From contig CAJFCJ010000009.1 of the NCBI GenBank assembly GCA_904063045.1, forward strand, positions 290,942 to 354,941: a stretch of DNA of 64,000 nt, read 5' to 3'. The translations under genes and the position numbers were made by a program. The notes beneath the pieces were generated by a model, which was not told where the DNA came from, ran no database searches, and saw only the letters and a program-made list of their open reading frames with translations. Shown piece by piece: positions 24,401 through 39,100 of the stretch. The DNA is from Dimorphilus gyrociliatus. Taxonomy: Eukaryota > Animalia > Annelida. The stretch's first letter is position 1, and every line of letters begins with the position of its first letter.

Positions 24401-27400
24401 GATAAAGTTATGTGCTGCTTAATGATTTATATGCATAACGCCACCTATCGGATTGATTGTACAATTAAAAAAATAGGAAAAAGTGTTGACATAAAAAACT
24501 TTAAGATTGAAAGAGAGACGCCCGTAAAAAAAAAATTAGTCAATTGAAGATTGAATTTTTTCCTTTCAGTCCTTCTATTTATACTATCTTCTTGTTTAAG
24601 TGGCCTGTTAATCGAACGTGTATTGAATAAGAGAACTGTAATGTTACGAACACTAGAAGCCGAGAACAAAAATTATAGACGTCGTTTGATCGAATTATAA
24701 ATAATCCATTAGTCGAATGTACTCAGTAAACTTTTTTGTCGTTAACTATTGATCGATCATATTTTATATTTTATTTTACTTGAACAGATTTATTTCTGTT
24801 TAAAAAACAAAAATTTAATGCTACTTAATAATTTGAATATTGATAATAATAGGTATTAAAGTTTATATAGGAAAGAATAACCTTTATTTAAATAGCCGAT
24901 CTGCTATTCAATTCTTTATACTATCCAGAAAATAGATAAATATACAGTCAGTACTGTATATATTATAATTATGTATACAGTTTGTATATGGCATATATTA
25001 ATATTTATTTATGTATATTATTATTTCTATTATATATCTATACATATTTTATACGTTTAATATATAATATATAGATATAGTTACCAGTAATAATTAATTA
25101 ACTAGTTGATAAGAAAGTTATTTCCTAATTGGTAATTAAAATAGTTTTTGTACATGGCTATTAAATATTCATTAAAGTCAAAGGCCCTTGGCGTCGTCAG
25201 CATAAAAATGCTGGAAAAAACAATTGGTTCAATATATTGAACATTCGAATTATAGGATTTCTTCCTATTCCAACGAAAAATTATCGATAGTAGAATACTT
25301 TTTCCTTCGCCTATCCTTGTTAAAGTCCGAGATTACGGACCGAGACGAAATAAAGAAACCTTTATAAATTAGCGTCTTTAACGATTCGAAAGTTTGCATT
25401 AATATAACTGAATTATTTTTGTATTACGGAGATCAATTAATTCAACTAAAAGAATATTGTGACGGAGATACATTGTGAACAGTGATCACGTGATCCAAGC
25501 TTTTGTCAGATATCGACGTATGAATTGACAGTTTTTGTAGGCTTAAATGTTCACTTGTTGCTAAGGCTTTTGCAGACGGTTCGCGTCTGTCATCGAAAGA
25601 AAAGTGATTAACAAGATAGATAAGAGACAGAAGCTTTAGGATAAATATTTCGTGAAATATTGAACTAGTATTCCTCGCTAATGACGGAGTAAATTTAAAA
25701 AAAAAATGCTCGGGGTTCAAGTTAGACTTTCCGATTATACGGATTTAAGAGATCTAGTTGACTTGAATCCAACGCCTTTTGATCCTGCCGCCGTATCTTC
25801 TTCGTCAACCGCCTACATATTAACTGTGAGTTCTACGTGTATCTTGTCCTTTTTTCGTACATTGTTTTCATTCCAATTAAAACTCGTATACAACATTCCA
25901 CAACGTAGCAAAAGTGTCATTATAAACTTTTCTTTTAAGACTAAGCTACTGTATACTTTTTATCAGATTATAAAAGATAAATAAGATACAATATACATAA
26001 AATTCCCAAAATATTAAACTAATCAAAGAAACAATGCGAAAGGTGGCGTAAATTAATTTTAATTCTTTATATATTTACATTTATATATATATATATTAGA
26101 ATATAAACATATATATATATATACATATATACAAAATAATATGATTAATTCAAGGAGTTCTTTGAACAATTATCAACTCTTTTTTTTTTTAATTATATAT
26201 TTCCAGGAGGAAATAAGTGGTTTGAAAGATAAATGTGTATGTTTGAACGTGTGTGTGTGTGTGTGCTATATTTTTCCGCTATAGGCTTAACACTTTCATT
26301 CAATAGCTACTTAGTTATACTGTACATACAGTATATACTTTCATCAAAAATATTCATAAATAAGAATATTAGTTTGTTGTTTGTTATTTATATTTCTAAT
26401 AAAAACATGCTAATTGAAGTGTTCAATACTTTTACAGAATATACTAAAACCTTTACAGCTTTTTTACTAACATTTTGTTTGACTATTAGCATTTAATGAT
26501 AATATGTATTTAAAGGTATATATATACTATATAAACTATTACCTTTCTTTTTTCAGGCAAGCACAACGAAGCAAGCTATATCTTTAGCTGTACGTTTACT
26601 TAATATATACATATATATATATATATCTTATTAAAAGTATTCGACTTTTTTCATTTTTTTTTAAAAATCAATTTTTTCCCTTTTTTTTTCTTCGGTTCAT
26701 TTAACGTCTAGGCCGAATTGGACGACGCCAAGTTAGAAATTGTATGGTTTTTATTTTTTTTTCTTTGTTAAGAAAAAGTTAAATTAACTCTTTTCCCTCC
26801 CTCATATATCAAGGATGATGCAATGAGAAGATTAACTTTTCTAGATGTACGTTTAATTTGCGTTTTTTTTCAAGAGGGAGACTTTAATGATTAAATTAAT
26901 TTCTTCATATATTTAGAGAGAGATAGAAGATACAAGGCAGGAAGCGGTATGTGTTGTGTACTAAAACTTTCTTAAGGCCTTTTTTACAGACAATCCCTCT
27001 AAGTTTTTATAATGTATCTCTTAGAATGACGCTGATACTAGGCGACAGATGGCGTTAGATGCTCTAGAAAATTTAGAGGCCGAAAGAGAGCAAACAGAGC
27101 AAAAGTTGAATGAGACTTTAAAAGCTAAATTTAAAGAGGAAACTATTGTTACTCAAAAGATGAAAGCAATTAAGGGTGAAAGTCGTTCAAGGAGTAAAAA
27201 ACATATTCAAGGAAAATTAGTTAAACAAAGAGTAGACGGTCAAGAATTTGTAGAGGGTGAGGAAGTTACAGATGAATTAGAAGAAACGTCCAGTAGGGGA
27301 GAGGAGACGGAGGAGATTGCGATGGAGGAGGAAGAGAGGGAGAAGGAGATGACGGTGACAATACTAGTCAGCGTAGCTTTATACTTTTGTGCCAATACTA

Positions 27401-30400
27401 ATAATTTTCCCCCTATTAACAGTCTGCTAATTTAAAAGTTTTATATGTAGATATTATAAATTAGGTCAGAGTGCTCTGGATGTACATATATATTTATTAC
27501 TTTATTCTATCATACAGTGATTTCCTTCAATAACTTAATAAGAGGTCTGATCGCATGACTGTATTGTCTGAGAGATTGCGTTTATATTTCGCTCTATTCT
27601 GTTCTTTTAATCTACCGGCTCACATCATAAAAATGCATGATTTTCACAGCATTCCGTTAAAGAACCGACACCAACCCCAGTAGCTTCAACACACGTCGTT
27701 CACACAGAAAACGACGAACATATCACAGCAGTAGCATCATCAGTATGAAAAATAATTTAAAAACAAAATAATTATACCAACAAAAATTTGCTGTTATACT
27801 TTTTCCCACATTTTTTAATTATCGTGTATTTTTTCACCTATCGAAATTAATTCACCATTTTTACGTTTAAATATCAATTTTATAAGAGCAAAAATTTTTT
27901 AACAAAAAGCAAATTTTTTTTCATTTTTACAATAATTTTTATTCTATAAAAAAAAAGAAAAGAAGTTTTTTTTAAGAAGAATTTTTTACCAAAAAAAAAA
28001 AAGAAAAGAATTCGAGAGCGATAATAGATCAATGGAATAATCTCTTTTTTTCGCTAATTTTGCGAACAAAAATTTTCTGTGTGTGGTTCTTTATTTTAGT
28101 TGATTGTTTTTTTTTTAAAAAGAGCAACTTCAACAACAACAAAAGCACTTTTATACTTTTTTTTGCTTAGATTTATTGATTTATGTATTTTATTTTAATT
28201 TTTTTTGACAAAGAAAAAAGTTTACTTTTTCACTTTTTAGTTAATTACTATAAGAGTATTGTTTATAGGGTGCACATTCCGATGGAACTAAACACGATTC
28301 TAGACCCGTAAGTATACTCCCCTTTAAAACACAATTTTATAATAATAAAATAATAAAAAAAAATGATAAGAAAGGATATAAAAATATAAAAATAAGCATA
28401 AAGTAAGATATATATTTATAAATTATATCTCTTAACTTATTATGATGTTTCGAATTTTTGTTACCAAAAAATAAAAAAATAAAAACACGCGATAAAAACA
28501 ATAGAAGAAGGCTAAAGGAAAAAATAGGAATAAATCAAAATCTCGTTCGAGATCTAGGGTATGTCTAAATGTTAAAGAATAACGGAAATGTTTGTTATTT
28601 TATTTCATCTAAATGAAAATTTTTAAGAGACTTTTATATACAAAAAAAGCCACCTTTTGATTATTTTTTTATGAACACAATCCTTAAAAAAAATCCCTAC
28701 TTGTTTTTCTTTTTATTTCTACCTTTTGTACCCTTTTTTTTTCTATTGATGGGGAAGTGAACTAGTCGAAGCATTTCAATAAAATGCAATGACTCGTTTG
28801 AATTGTAATTCTCTAATCGATGAGTTTTTAAAGGCGTCACTACCGCAAACAAAGTCCAAAGCGACGAAATAATCCTTTGCGGTAGAGATGGCTTTAGAGT
28901 GTATATTACCAAAGCACGTTGTATACGAATGGAATGAAAATCGTATGAAAAATGTTTTATTCGTACGACGTTTGGTTTGTTCTACTTTTCTTAATGTTGT
29001 AATTTTGTAGTAAAGTATATATTCCTTTAAATGGTTATATATACTAGACTAGCTATTGTTGCTATGGTATTTCATTGTTATGTGTATTAACTAACAAACT
29101 TTTAAAATATGTAGGACAAAGGAGTTACAGAGCAGACAAAACCAGCAAACCTTCCAAAGAAATCTACTCAGAGCTTCAGATCGAAGCAGGTTTGAAACGG
29201 AATTGTTGTATATAAAGCTACTTCCGGCTCTAGCTTTCGAAAAATCTTTAAAACTTTACAGATTATATCTATCAATTTTTCAAACTTTTCCTATTTGTGA
29301 CTGCTATGTGCCGCTAAGTGTACAGTGTGAACTGTATTGTTCGTCTACCTATAAATTTATATATATATATAATATAGTAGTTTGCCACTTACTTTATCAA
29401 TTTATTCTCTATCTTTTCGTACAGCGTCCACCTCCCAAGACTAGAAACGAAGTTAGTGTCCAGGATGTAGATGGTGATGCTTCGACTGGTCAATTTGAGG
29501 CCAATAAACACCTTGTGCCAGTTTTAGAGGATAGTGTTGTCGACTTTACAGACGCATTTGACCTCAAGGATGAGGAGGGATGGGGCAACGTTCCGATGAA
29601 TCATGTTCTAGGTAGATTTGCCCAATATCGACAGCTGGCTCAAGAAAAAATAGCTGAATTAGAAGATATTACAGAAACAACAATTGCAAAAACTAATAGA
29701 AAGGTAATGAACTATAAAAATATTTTTGTTAAATATATAAATCATATCATTTTGCTGAAATATCTTTTAAGGTACAAACGCTTAAAGCACAATTTCACGA
29801 CCACAAATCAAAATGGGAAAAGGAGCGCGATGTATTAATTAAAAGAGCCGATCAGGCTGTTAACCTGCACTCTCTAGCTGAAAAAGACGCCGATGCGGCC
29901 ATGGATCAACTGGAAACATTTATACTGCAGCAAGAAACTCTTGTAAGTATTATTTTTATGATAACGCTATCTTTTAATGTCGGCAACTTGTATAAAACTG
30001 CTTTGAAAATATATCCAAAGATTTGAGCTAGTTACTCAATAACTACTTAAATAGAATTTTTAAGTGATTTTCTATACGACTTCCTCTATTGAAAGTTTCA
30101 AACTAGAAAGTTTACCTTACTTTATGAAGTATTTTTTATTCCATTGAAAGATTAACTCAAAGCGAACAATTGAGATTGAGATAAGACACGGTGATATACT
30201 GATTTTATTTGCCTTAACGTCATTCTGCAGTAGTAGTTTATCTTAGCCGTTACACATTGGTGAGAATATAGAGAGTATTAATCAAGGAATTATTTTGTCA
30301 AATTTAAGCTCATATCGACTCAACTTCGCTGTATAAGAATTTTTCAAGTACTTTGATAAACAGGCTTATTTATAGGAGATAAATTTTCACTTTGAATGGT

Positions 30401-33400
30401 TGACTTTTATTTTAAAAACGATTTGTTTACTATTTGATAAAGGATTTAAAACTTATCTTGTCTTGATACACACTCTATTATAATGTTCGTCAGCGGTAAG
30501 GCTATTAAACGTAATAGATTAAGAGTATTGGACGTCATAGCGGTATAGTTTTTTTGTTTCCTTATCAATTATTTATTCTAGTTATATGTTCGTGATTAAC
30601 AAAAAGCTTTTCTTGTGAAAACACATAGGAAAAAGATGAAGAGGAGAGAAAGAAGGATATTGATACAAAATTGTCGAGACAGGCCAGCGCCGAAACTAGC
30701 CCACGAGTAGAACCAATGGTGGAAATACCTAATGTTGATGAAGAGAAATTGCTAACTCAAACTGATGATGCTAAGGTAGCCGAAAGAGAGATTCTTAGGG
30801 AAGAATCAAAAATAATTGAGCAACAAAATGACAACTCTGAAGAAGCAGAGGTAGGTTTTCGGTGTATATTTCTTCAATTTATTGAATATTTGTGTTTTAA
30901 ATTGTATAAATGACAAAATCGACTAATCTATGCATTAATTATAAATATTCTACATTTCCAATTCCGCTCCCCTTAAAACACATTCAATATAGAAATCACA
31001 TTCTCCTCCCACAACCAATCAAACCACACCAACCCCTGTCACAATGGAGAAGACAAAAATGTCAAGGAAGAAAACAAAAAGCGAAATAGAAGGAAGGAGA
31101 TCGAGAAGGGAACGATCTGAGCTAGTAATCGCTTTAAAGAGCCTTGTTACTGAAGATATAAAATTATCTGCTTTATGTACATTGATTGACAAAGTTATAG
31201 AGGAAGCTGAAATTGTCGGAGTACATCCTAAGTCGGTATTTACAGCTCTAGCTGAAACCGATATTCCATTGCAGCGTATAACGTCATCTAAGGTTCGATC
31301 AGATGTTTTAAAAGTGGACCAACTTCTATCTTTCTCATATCTTTACAGACTCTATAAATTATATCCTCTAATTATTTAAATAATATTTTTAAACTTTCCC
31401 CAAAAATTCCTTCACAATTTACTTTTTTTTTCTTCAAATCTAATCACAATATTATCCTAAACAAATCCATCACTCTTCCCAAAATATACAAAATAAATAC
31501 TTTTCGCAGCAATCTCTAATATCTAAAAAAACTCTATCGAAAACACCCTCTCTTGAAGATGCTCCTCGTGTGAAGAGTGGGACAGAGATTGAACTTGAGA
31601 AAGATATAACAGTAGCTTCTACTCAAAAATTACAATCGGAATTGTCAGACGTAAAAGAAGAAAAGAGTTCAACGATCGAGGAGAAAAAGGAAGAGATATT
31701 ATTATCGCCCCTGGTCTGTTTCGACCGTTGTTTGTGTTTATGCTGTGACACTATTTGTTGTAAAGCTAATCTAAACAGTTTTTCAGTAACAAGCAGATTG
31801 AATATCATAAATTGTTTTCTTTGGATTTCTTAATTGTTGTCCGTATTTGTGATGCTTTTCTAACATCCACAGTCTGACAGCGAGAATAATTCGGATGATG
31901 AAACGTCATCGTCATCATCGAATTCTTCCTCTCAACCGGAGGAGGTTGACGATGATTCTGAATCTAGTTCATCCTCCGATTCAAAGGAGGAAGAGGTCTG
32001 TTTGCTGATACCCAATAACACAGGCTTCCAACCGAACGAAGCAGACACATTTAAGCATAGTAGTTTCCCTGAGAATATTAGATATCGGCAGTTGGCTAGC
32101 TAATCACAATATCTTTTTAATATGTTGACAATAACCTATGAGATTGATGTTTTTTTTTATTTTAAACCTGCATAATCAACCAATTATCATAATCCTAAAA
32201 TAACACCTCCCCAACGGTTGCTTATTGATTTCCTTTTACACAGCTCTACTCGCGGAGTGACTCCGGTGAGGATGGACCAGCCAATTTGGAAGAATTAAGA
32301 GCAAATTCAGCAAAAGCCAGAGCAGTTTTACGTCAACATCATAAATCAGCACTAAGTGAAAGACGGTCGAGAACAGAAGGAAGACGATCAAAATCTCCTG
32401 GAATACCCACTGAAATTAGAAACAACTCTGTCCTATCATCTGCGGAATTAGACGAAAATGGTGATATGCCTTTACCGGATGAGGGCAAAGGTAGGTTTTC
32501 TTAGCTAAAGATTTATAAATTCATGTTAAAAAACGATTTCAAATACAGTCGAAGTAATTACATTCGACGTAGGAACTTCTCCTTTAGCTGCTTCGTTTTC
32601 AAAAGATAGAACTGAAACTTTTATTTCTAGGTAAGTCTTTAGATAGTTTAACTACTTGTATTTAAACATTTATTGAATCGATCGAATCGGTTAGTCATAG
32701 CGTAGAGTTAGCTCATATAAGAGAAGAGGAAGAGGAAGAAAATGAAGAAGAACGGTATAAGATATTCGTTGTTTTGTAAAATTACAATTTTTAATAATGA
32801 TTATCTTAAAACATTACTTAAAACTAAAAACTTAATGTAGAGAGGATATTATGGATTGGTATGTTTTGTATTGGTTTAAATGTCTTTTTCGGTGTATTCT
32901 CAAACGAAAAACTTTTTTACTCGTTGTCCTTGGCTGTCATATTTAGATTATGTATACGCTTGCTAATTTTATGTTTTTCAACCCTAGGAAACAACCGCCC
33001 CTCTTTGAACATCCTATCGTACAGGAATATTTAAAGACCTATGACACAGTTATCGGATTTAAGCAAGCCGTTTCGTCACATTTTTACGATAAAGGTCTGA
33101 TTTTAGAAATGGTAATTTTCAAAGTTTCATAAGTGTTTTCCCTTCTCAGAAATGCCATCATTAGGACAACAATTGGATGATAATAAAGTTCTCGTATTTG
33201 ATAAAACAACGACTGTACAACCTCAGATTGAATCTATGAGGGAGAGCATCGGGACAATATTGGGCTTTGTATTGAAAATTATTGGTGAATTAACGATGAC
33301 TGATCAGGTAAATATTTAGATCATCATACGTATGTTTGAATATATATACTCTAATAGAGAAACTACTATATAATCACGACCTTTGCATTAAAAAAGAATC

Positions 33401-35113
33401 ACACCTTAGGCACTGATATAAAATAAAATTGCACTGTTAAATAGTAGATATTTACTCCTTTTTATGCAGCTCTTAGTAGAATCACGATCGAGTTATACAT
33501 CGGTAAGAAACCTAACTTAAAGAAAAACAATACATATTATGTATCCTATAAACCCATTACTTAGTTTATTTGCTTGAATTGTGTAATAGGTATATTTGAT
33601 TAGCATGAAATCAATGTTTTTATAAGCTATCTTTTATGATGATAATATTTTTTTTTGTTATGGCATGTCCTATAATACTAACATTATCAATGTTATTGAA
33701 GACTTTGAATATTACATTGAATTAATTATACTTATTTATTGTTAAAATTGTCTAGGATTATCCAGTTTCATCTATTGGGTTCATCTCTCGTGATCAAACG
33801 AGATCTTTAACTACAAGGGATCGCACAATGCCAATGACTGCTCCTCCAAACACTGCACCAAATTCTACACCCTCTGAACAAGTGCGTAATAGTTCATCAG
33901 ATTTTCAAGATTTAAAATCTCAATATGACAAACTGTAAGTTCTTGAAAACGTATTAGATTATCCTAATTAGAAAGATGTTAAAACAGACGAAAGGCTCAC
34001 GAGGAAGAGATAAAAAGAAATGAAACTCAACAACATCATCAAACTGTTGTTATGATGGAGATGCAAGACACCATCACAAATCTTCGCCGAGACCTGGCGG
34101 TTGCTACGAAAACGCAGGGTAGGATCAATTCTGGGAGGAAAGAGGAGTCGCCTCCATTAATGTTTACAAGGCTTGATGCCGAACAAAATACACGTGTCTT
34201 AAAACGTGCTTTGAATGAGCGACGACTCAGTGAAGAGAGTGTGCGATCTGCCGTTGAAAAAATGGAAAGTTATGTTAGCGTTCCTGCAATGAGATTATCG
34301 CAACTTGTGCGGAAATATATTCATCATGTTCGAATGAAGCAAGTTGAAGATAGAATACGGACCAGAAGCCGAAGTATAAATGATAACGTTAGAGTAGCAC
34401 TTCAACGAATGGAGGCTTTTCAGGCTGTAAGATCTGAAAGATGGGCTTATAAGATGGATAATTTGAGTGAGGAACGAGTCAAGTTAGCATATGACTTAAT
34501 GGACACACTTGATGAGATTGAAAATGCAGCTGGTGTATTCCTTATTAAGCCGTTCTTCTCGTACAGACCAGTGGCTCAAACAGCATCAACAGTAAATGCC
34601 CCCAAAGCTATTCGTCATTCACAAATAGAAGGTCGAGCCAAGGCTTGGCAAACTCCAGCCCCAACTCCTGCATCTCGACAACTGCAAAAAAAGAATACTG
34701 AAGAATCAACCAGACCAGCCTCAACAGGAGCTATTCCTATTATGAGTAGGCTGACAGTTGGCACATCTGCAGAATCTAATTACTGGTCACCTCAAGCCGC
34801 GGTTCATAAAGTTGGATCTTTCTCAGACAATTTAATCAATACACCGAGATTGTTAGAATTGGATATGAACAAAATGATATATGGCCACAATGAAGTGGCT
34901 GGGAGCGGTTCAATTCGAAATTACATTAGTGTAGCAAGATCAGGACAAAAGTATGTCCCTGGTGAAACCAATCATCCAGCAACTCCACCAACTACTGAAA
35001 AACTGACAACACCATTGCCACCCATTTCAGGAGCGACTAAATCTCCACCCGTGCCACCGAAAAGTCCATTAGGGTCTTCGATTTACACAGGAACTACACC
35101 AGTTGGACAATAA
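21470..35113 (+). CDS. Large multi-exon (>30 exons) coiled-coil protein; C-terminal block resembles FAM186A/B
   Basis: A phase-consistent exon chain can be traced from MTNYVGSITILDRGDGAAQAV through heptad-rich exons, microexons (23709-23732, 26207-26946, 32840-32857) and acidic/Ser-rich exons to a terminal exon ending at 35113 (…RMEAFQAVRSERWAYKMDNL…). The FAM186 resemblance is from memory only. Confidence 0.75.
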
Positions 35114-35266
35114 TATGTTTGTGACATTGTCTTTCGAATAAATATTAAAGCATCTAATTAAATGAAAATGATTGAACTTTAAAGCGAATGTATTATATTT
35201 TCATATTTCAGTTCAAAGTCAAAACGTTAAATATTTAAGAAAAAATTTGAAAACAGTATAAAAATA

Positions 35267-35921
35267 CTACTTCCTCTTGCTATTGATTAATTCCCTAACA
35301 TTTTCTTCACTTTCCTTTAAATTTTTTTGTAGGTAGGAGATATTTCCCTGCAAGAAAAATGTATTAACTCGTTGTTATTAAAAACGAATGCAAATATGTC
35401 ACATACCTCAAGAGTTTTAATTTTATCAGTTGCGTTTGTTACTCTATCAGACAGCATAGTTTTTATTTTAGGCATTGGCATGCGAATAAAACTGTAAAGA
35501 AATAAAGATTGAACTTCTTTTCAATTTCAAATGGTACATATACGTACGCTCTACCCAGAGTCTCAAACGTTTTTGTTTCTTCAGGAAGTTGATTTATTTC
35601 TGCCATAACTAGGTTTGAATGAATCACGGATTTTTTGAAATTATCAATTTGCTTGTTAGATGTAGCGATTTGTTCTTTCGTGCTGTACATCTTCAATTGA
35701 AGCTCCGAGAGGTGCTGTAACGAAATGAATGTACTGAACGAATGTAAGGATTGATGGCCGACTAAGCGTTTATCGTAAGATTTCACGATCATTTTATAAT
35801 TGTGCAATTCCTATGCAACCTATTTTATCCCATAGTATATTTAAAAAACGTCATTAAATTGTAAATATAATGAAAAATTAATGCACACTTTCTTTATTTC
35901 CATATCAACCGAGTCCGCCAT
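35267..35921 (-). CDS. PFDN1: Prefoldin subunit 1, 4 exons
   Basis: MADSVDMEIKK | HLSELQLKM…LPEETKTFETLGRAF…KIKTLE | GNISYLQKNLKESEENVRELINSKRK*. Confidence 0.88.
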
Positions 35922-36129
35922 TTTGTCCGAGTACTACTAGCGTCGCCTACTGAGTTGAAGTATTTTCGCGCCATACCAGATATATTGTCGGCAATACCAA
36001 TATGGAGGAACTAATCAAAACAATTCAAAATTTACCCTAACTGATTATTTTTGTTAGATTTGTCAGATACTGTTGATCGTATGTTACTATTACATATTTT
36101 GTACAATGACACATAGCACAATCTGATCG

Positions 36130-39100
36130 ATGATGTATTCTGTGGGGAAATTAAAACAAAAAGGAAAAGATGTAAGTCTACTTAATCCCGCTTTATTCGC
36201 AGATCGTTTCTAACGAAAAAAGTTATTCTCTAGGTCGTCACTGTCGGACCTCAATTAGCGTTACAAGCCATTGCAACTTCAGTAAATGAACGTCCTATTG
36301 GTTCAAAACAGGTAAATATACTAAAGTTACTTTGTAACCGCTACAAAGTCATAAACTACGACTTTTTTATTCATAAAAAATAGACATTAAGTGCTGGTAG
36401 GGCAGACGATAAATTTCGTAAGGACATTCCAGTAAGTGGCGTGGTTTATGGTTCTAGTAATCCTTCATCGACAAGATCTGCTCAACAACATAATAATGAT
36501 AACACTTTACCAGGTATATCTCTATCTGACAATGTTGTTTTAATGATCTAAGCTCGCTCAACTTTTATGCATTTTACTTTTATTATTATTTTACTAAGAC
36601 AATTTTTTTTTAAGTTTTTATTTCATTTTTTATTTTTGTTGACTTTTCTCTTTTTTTTTTGTTTTTTTTTAAATATTTTTATGAAAGAACCAATACTTCG
36701 AGCGTCTACTGCTCCTAGAAGGCTTATGCAAACTTTACCCACCGCTTATGTACAAGATTTAACAACAAATCATGTTGACGAGAATCGTTCAATTTTATTG
36801 AATTCTCAAGCGTTTCCCGGAGGTAAAATAGCCGTAAAAGCACCTTCGAGTGCCTCCCGATTGGGAACGAATATTCCAGGTAGTTCAGTCGTATCAGAGG
36901 CGGATGGTATGCACATATTTTTTTTACGGTGTTGGAAAAATTCAATTACAATTTTTTCCTTTTGTTTTGTTTTTCTTCAATATTAGATTAATACGCTTTT
37001 CTAACTGTAGATCAAATAATTTAATCTGGTATTTGACAAGCCTCTCTAGTATTACTAACGAAGGAATGCTTTCAAAAATAAGACTTCAATATGTTCAATT
37101 TCTTATTTAAACTTACTTTAAACAATTTCGTTTTTATAATTGTTTTTTTTGTTTTTGTTTTTCATTTGAAATAAAACAAAATTTCTACAGGCGATCGCGT
37201 GATGTTTACCGAAAGTCCATTACATCCGGGTGTCCAAATTGTGTATAGGACGCCAGAAGAACGTCAATCGAACCCTGATCGATTGAATCTTGATAGGTAA
37301 GAAATATATATAAAAAAAAGAAATTATTATAGCTATTTCTACTTAATGCAAAAAGAAAAAAATCTAAAACGAATATTGAATATGTTTTAATAAGAATTAC
37401 GACTTCAAATAATGACTTATTTATACCGTCAATCAATAGCGGTTAATGGTATCGATTATGATCAATAGATACAAAGAGCCTTTAGAATTTTTGAATGATA
37501 TCCCATTTTTCTGATATATTTTATTTTTACAGGCGGCGATTGAGTGCTTGTCCTATGTTGGAGAATGAGGACCAATTACGCTTACTTAATTATCAGCATA
37601 ACTCAATAAGTAAAATCCAAGTATGAATAGACCCTACCCTTTTTTTATTCTAAAGTCAATAGATGGCACCTCTATCTTTGTTCTTTTCAGAATGTATCTC
37701 GTCTAAGAAAGCTGATTTTTCTTGATATGTATGACAATCATGTTGAAAGTATTTCGGGAATAGAAACCCTTAAATCATTAAGGGTACTTATGTTAGGAAA
37801 AAATAGGTATTAGTGGAAGAAACTTATATTTGATAAAAGTTGATTAGCATAATAATATACTGTTGAATAGGATAAGAAAAATCGAAAATTTAGGAGAACT
37901 TTTGAAACTTGACGTTCTTGATCTGCACGGCAATCAGGTGTGAAGTAGAAATATATTACATACTTTAAGAATTTTTTTTTAATATAATCTCTTTTCTTTT
38001 CAACTGAGAATAGATTCAATCCATTGAAAATTTGCAACACTTAACAGAATTAAGAGTATTAAATTTAGCGGGAAATCAAATTAAATATGTTGATAATTTA
38101 AAAGGAATGACAGCTTTACAAGAATTAAATTTACGAAGAAATCAGATCAATGTTGTGGTTAGTTAATTATGTATAATGAGGATTCTAAATTTACTTTATC
38201 TATAAAATTATGCCAAATATTAAATAGTGAACATTTAAACAGAATGATATTGATAACCTTCCGAATATGCAAAGGCTATTTTTGAGCCTAAATCAAATTT
38301 CAAGGTATGAATGTTTTTTCTATTATTAATCAATCATCTTGTCTATCTATTGACAAACTGGTACGATATAATTTATTCCGGTCAATAAATACGTTACTGT
38401 AAAACTCGTAGCCAAGGGAAACTCATCATGCATTTCTTATGTAAGTCGATAATTTTGGACAAGGAAGTAAACTGATTAAACCAGATTGGATAACTGAACA
38501 GCGAACGATTAATTTATTAAACTTGTTGAAGTACAAGACGTTTCCGTTACTTAGATAAACGAATCGATGATTAATCAATAATGATATGATTTACACCATT
38601 CCTCGTTTAAACATCGTTTGTTTATATAAAGAAAAAGAAAACATTGAGAAGACTAGTTGTTGTTTAACATTCGTGCTAAACAGCGGCTACTTGTTGCAAA
38701 AATTATGCCCATGGATCAAATGTTTTTGACAAAAGATGGACTTGTCTGCGAGTGTTCCAAGAGGACTGTTTCGACTCCACCGTCTTGTAAACTGCCACCT
38801 TTACCTTTACGGATGTATCAACAATCGAAAAAAGTTTATCCTAGACCCTTAAGATTATTTTCTCAAGCTAAACTATCTGGATTAGCGTTTAGGTTATAAA
38901 AGCTTACTTTTAAAATAGTTTAATTGGACAAACGTATAAGAGATGTTAGAACAATAATCGATATATTACAAAGAATTCACTGATTCTATCTTTTAAATGT
39001 GTTCTCTTTTTTTTGTTTTATAGCTATGATGATATAACCTGCTTAGGAGATTCTATGAGTTTACTTGAATTGACTTTAGATGGTAATCCTATTTCTCAAG

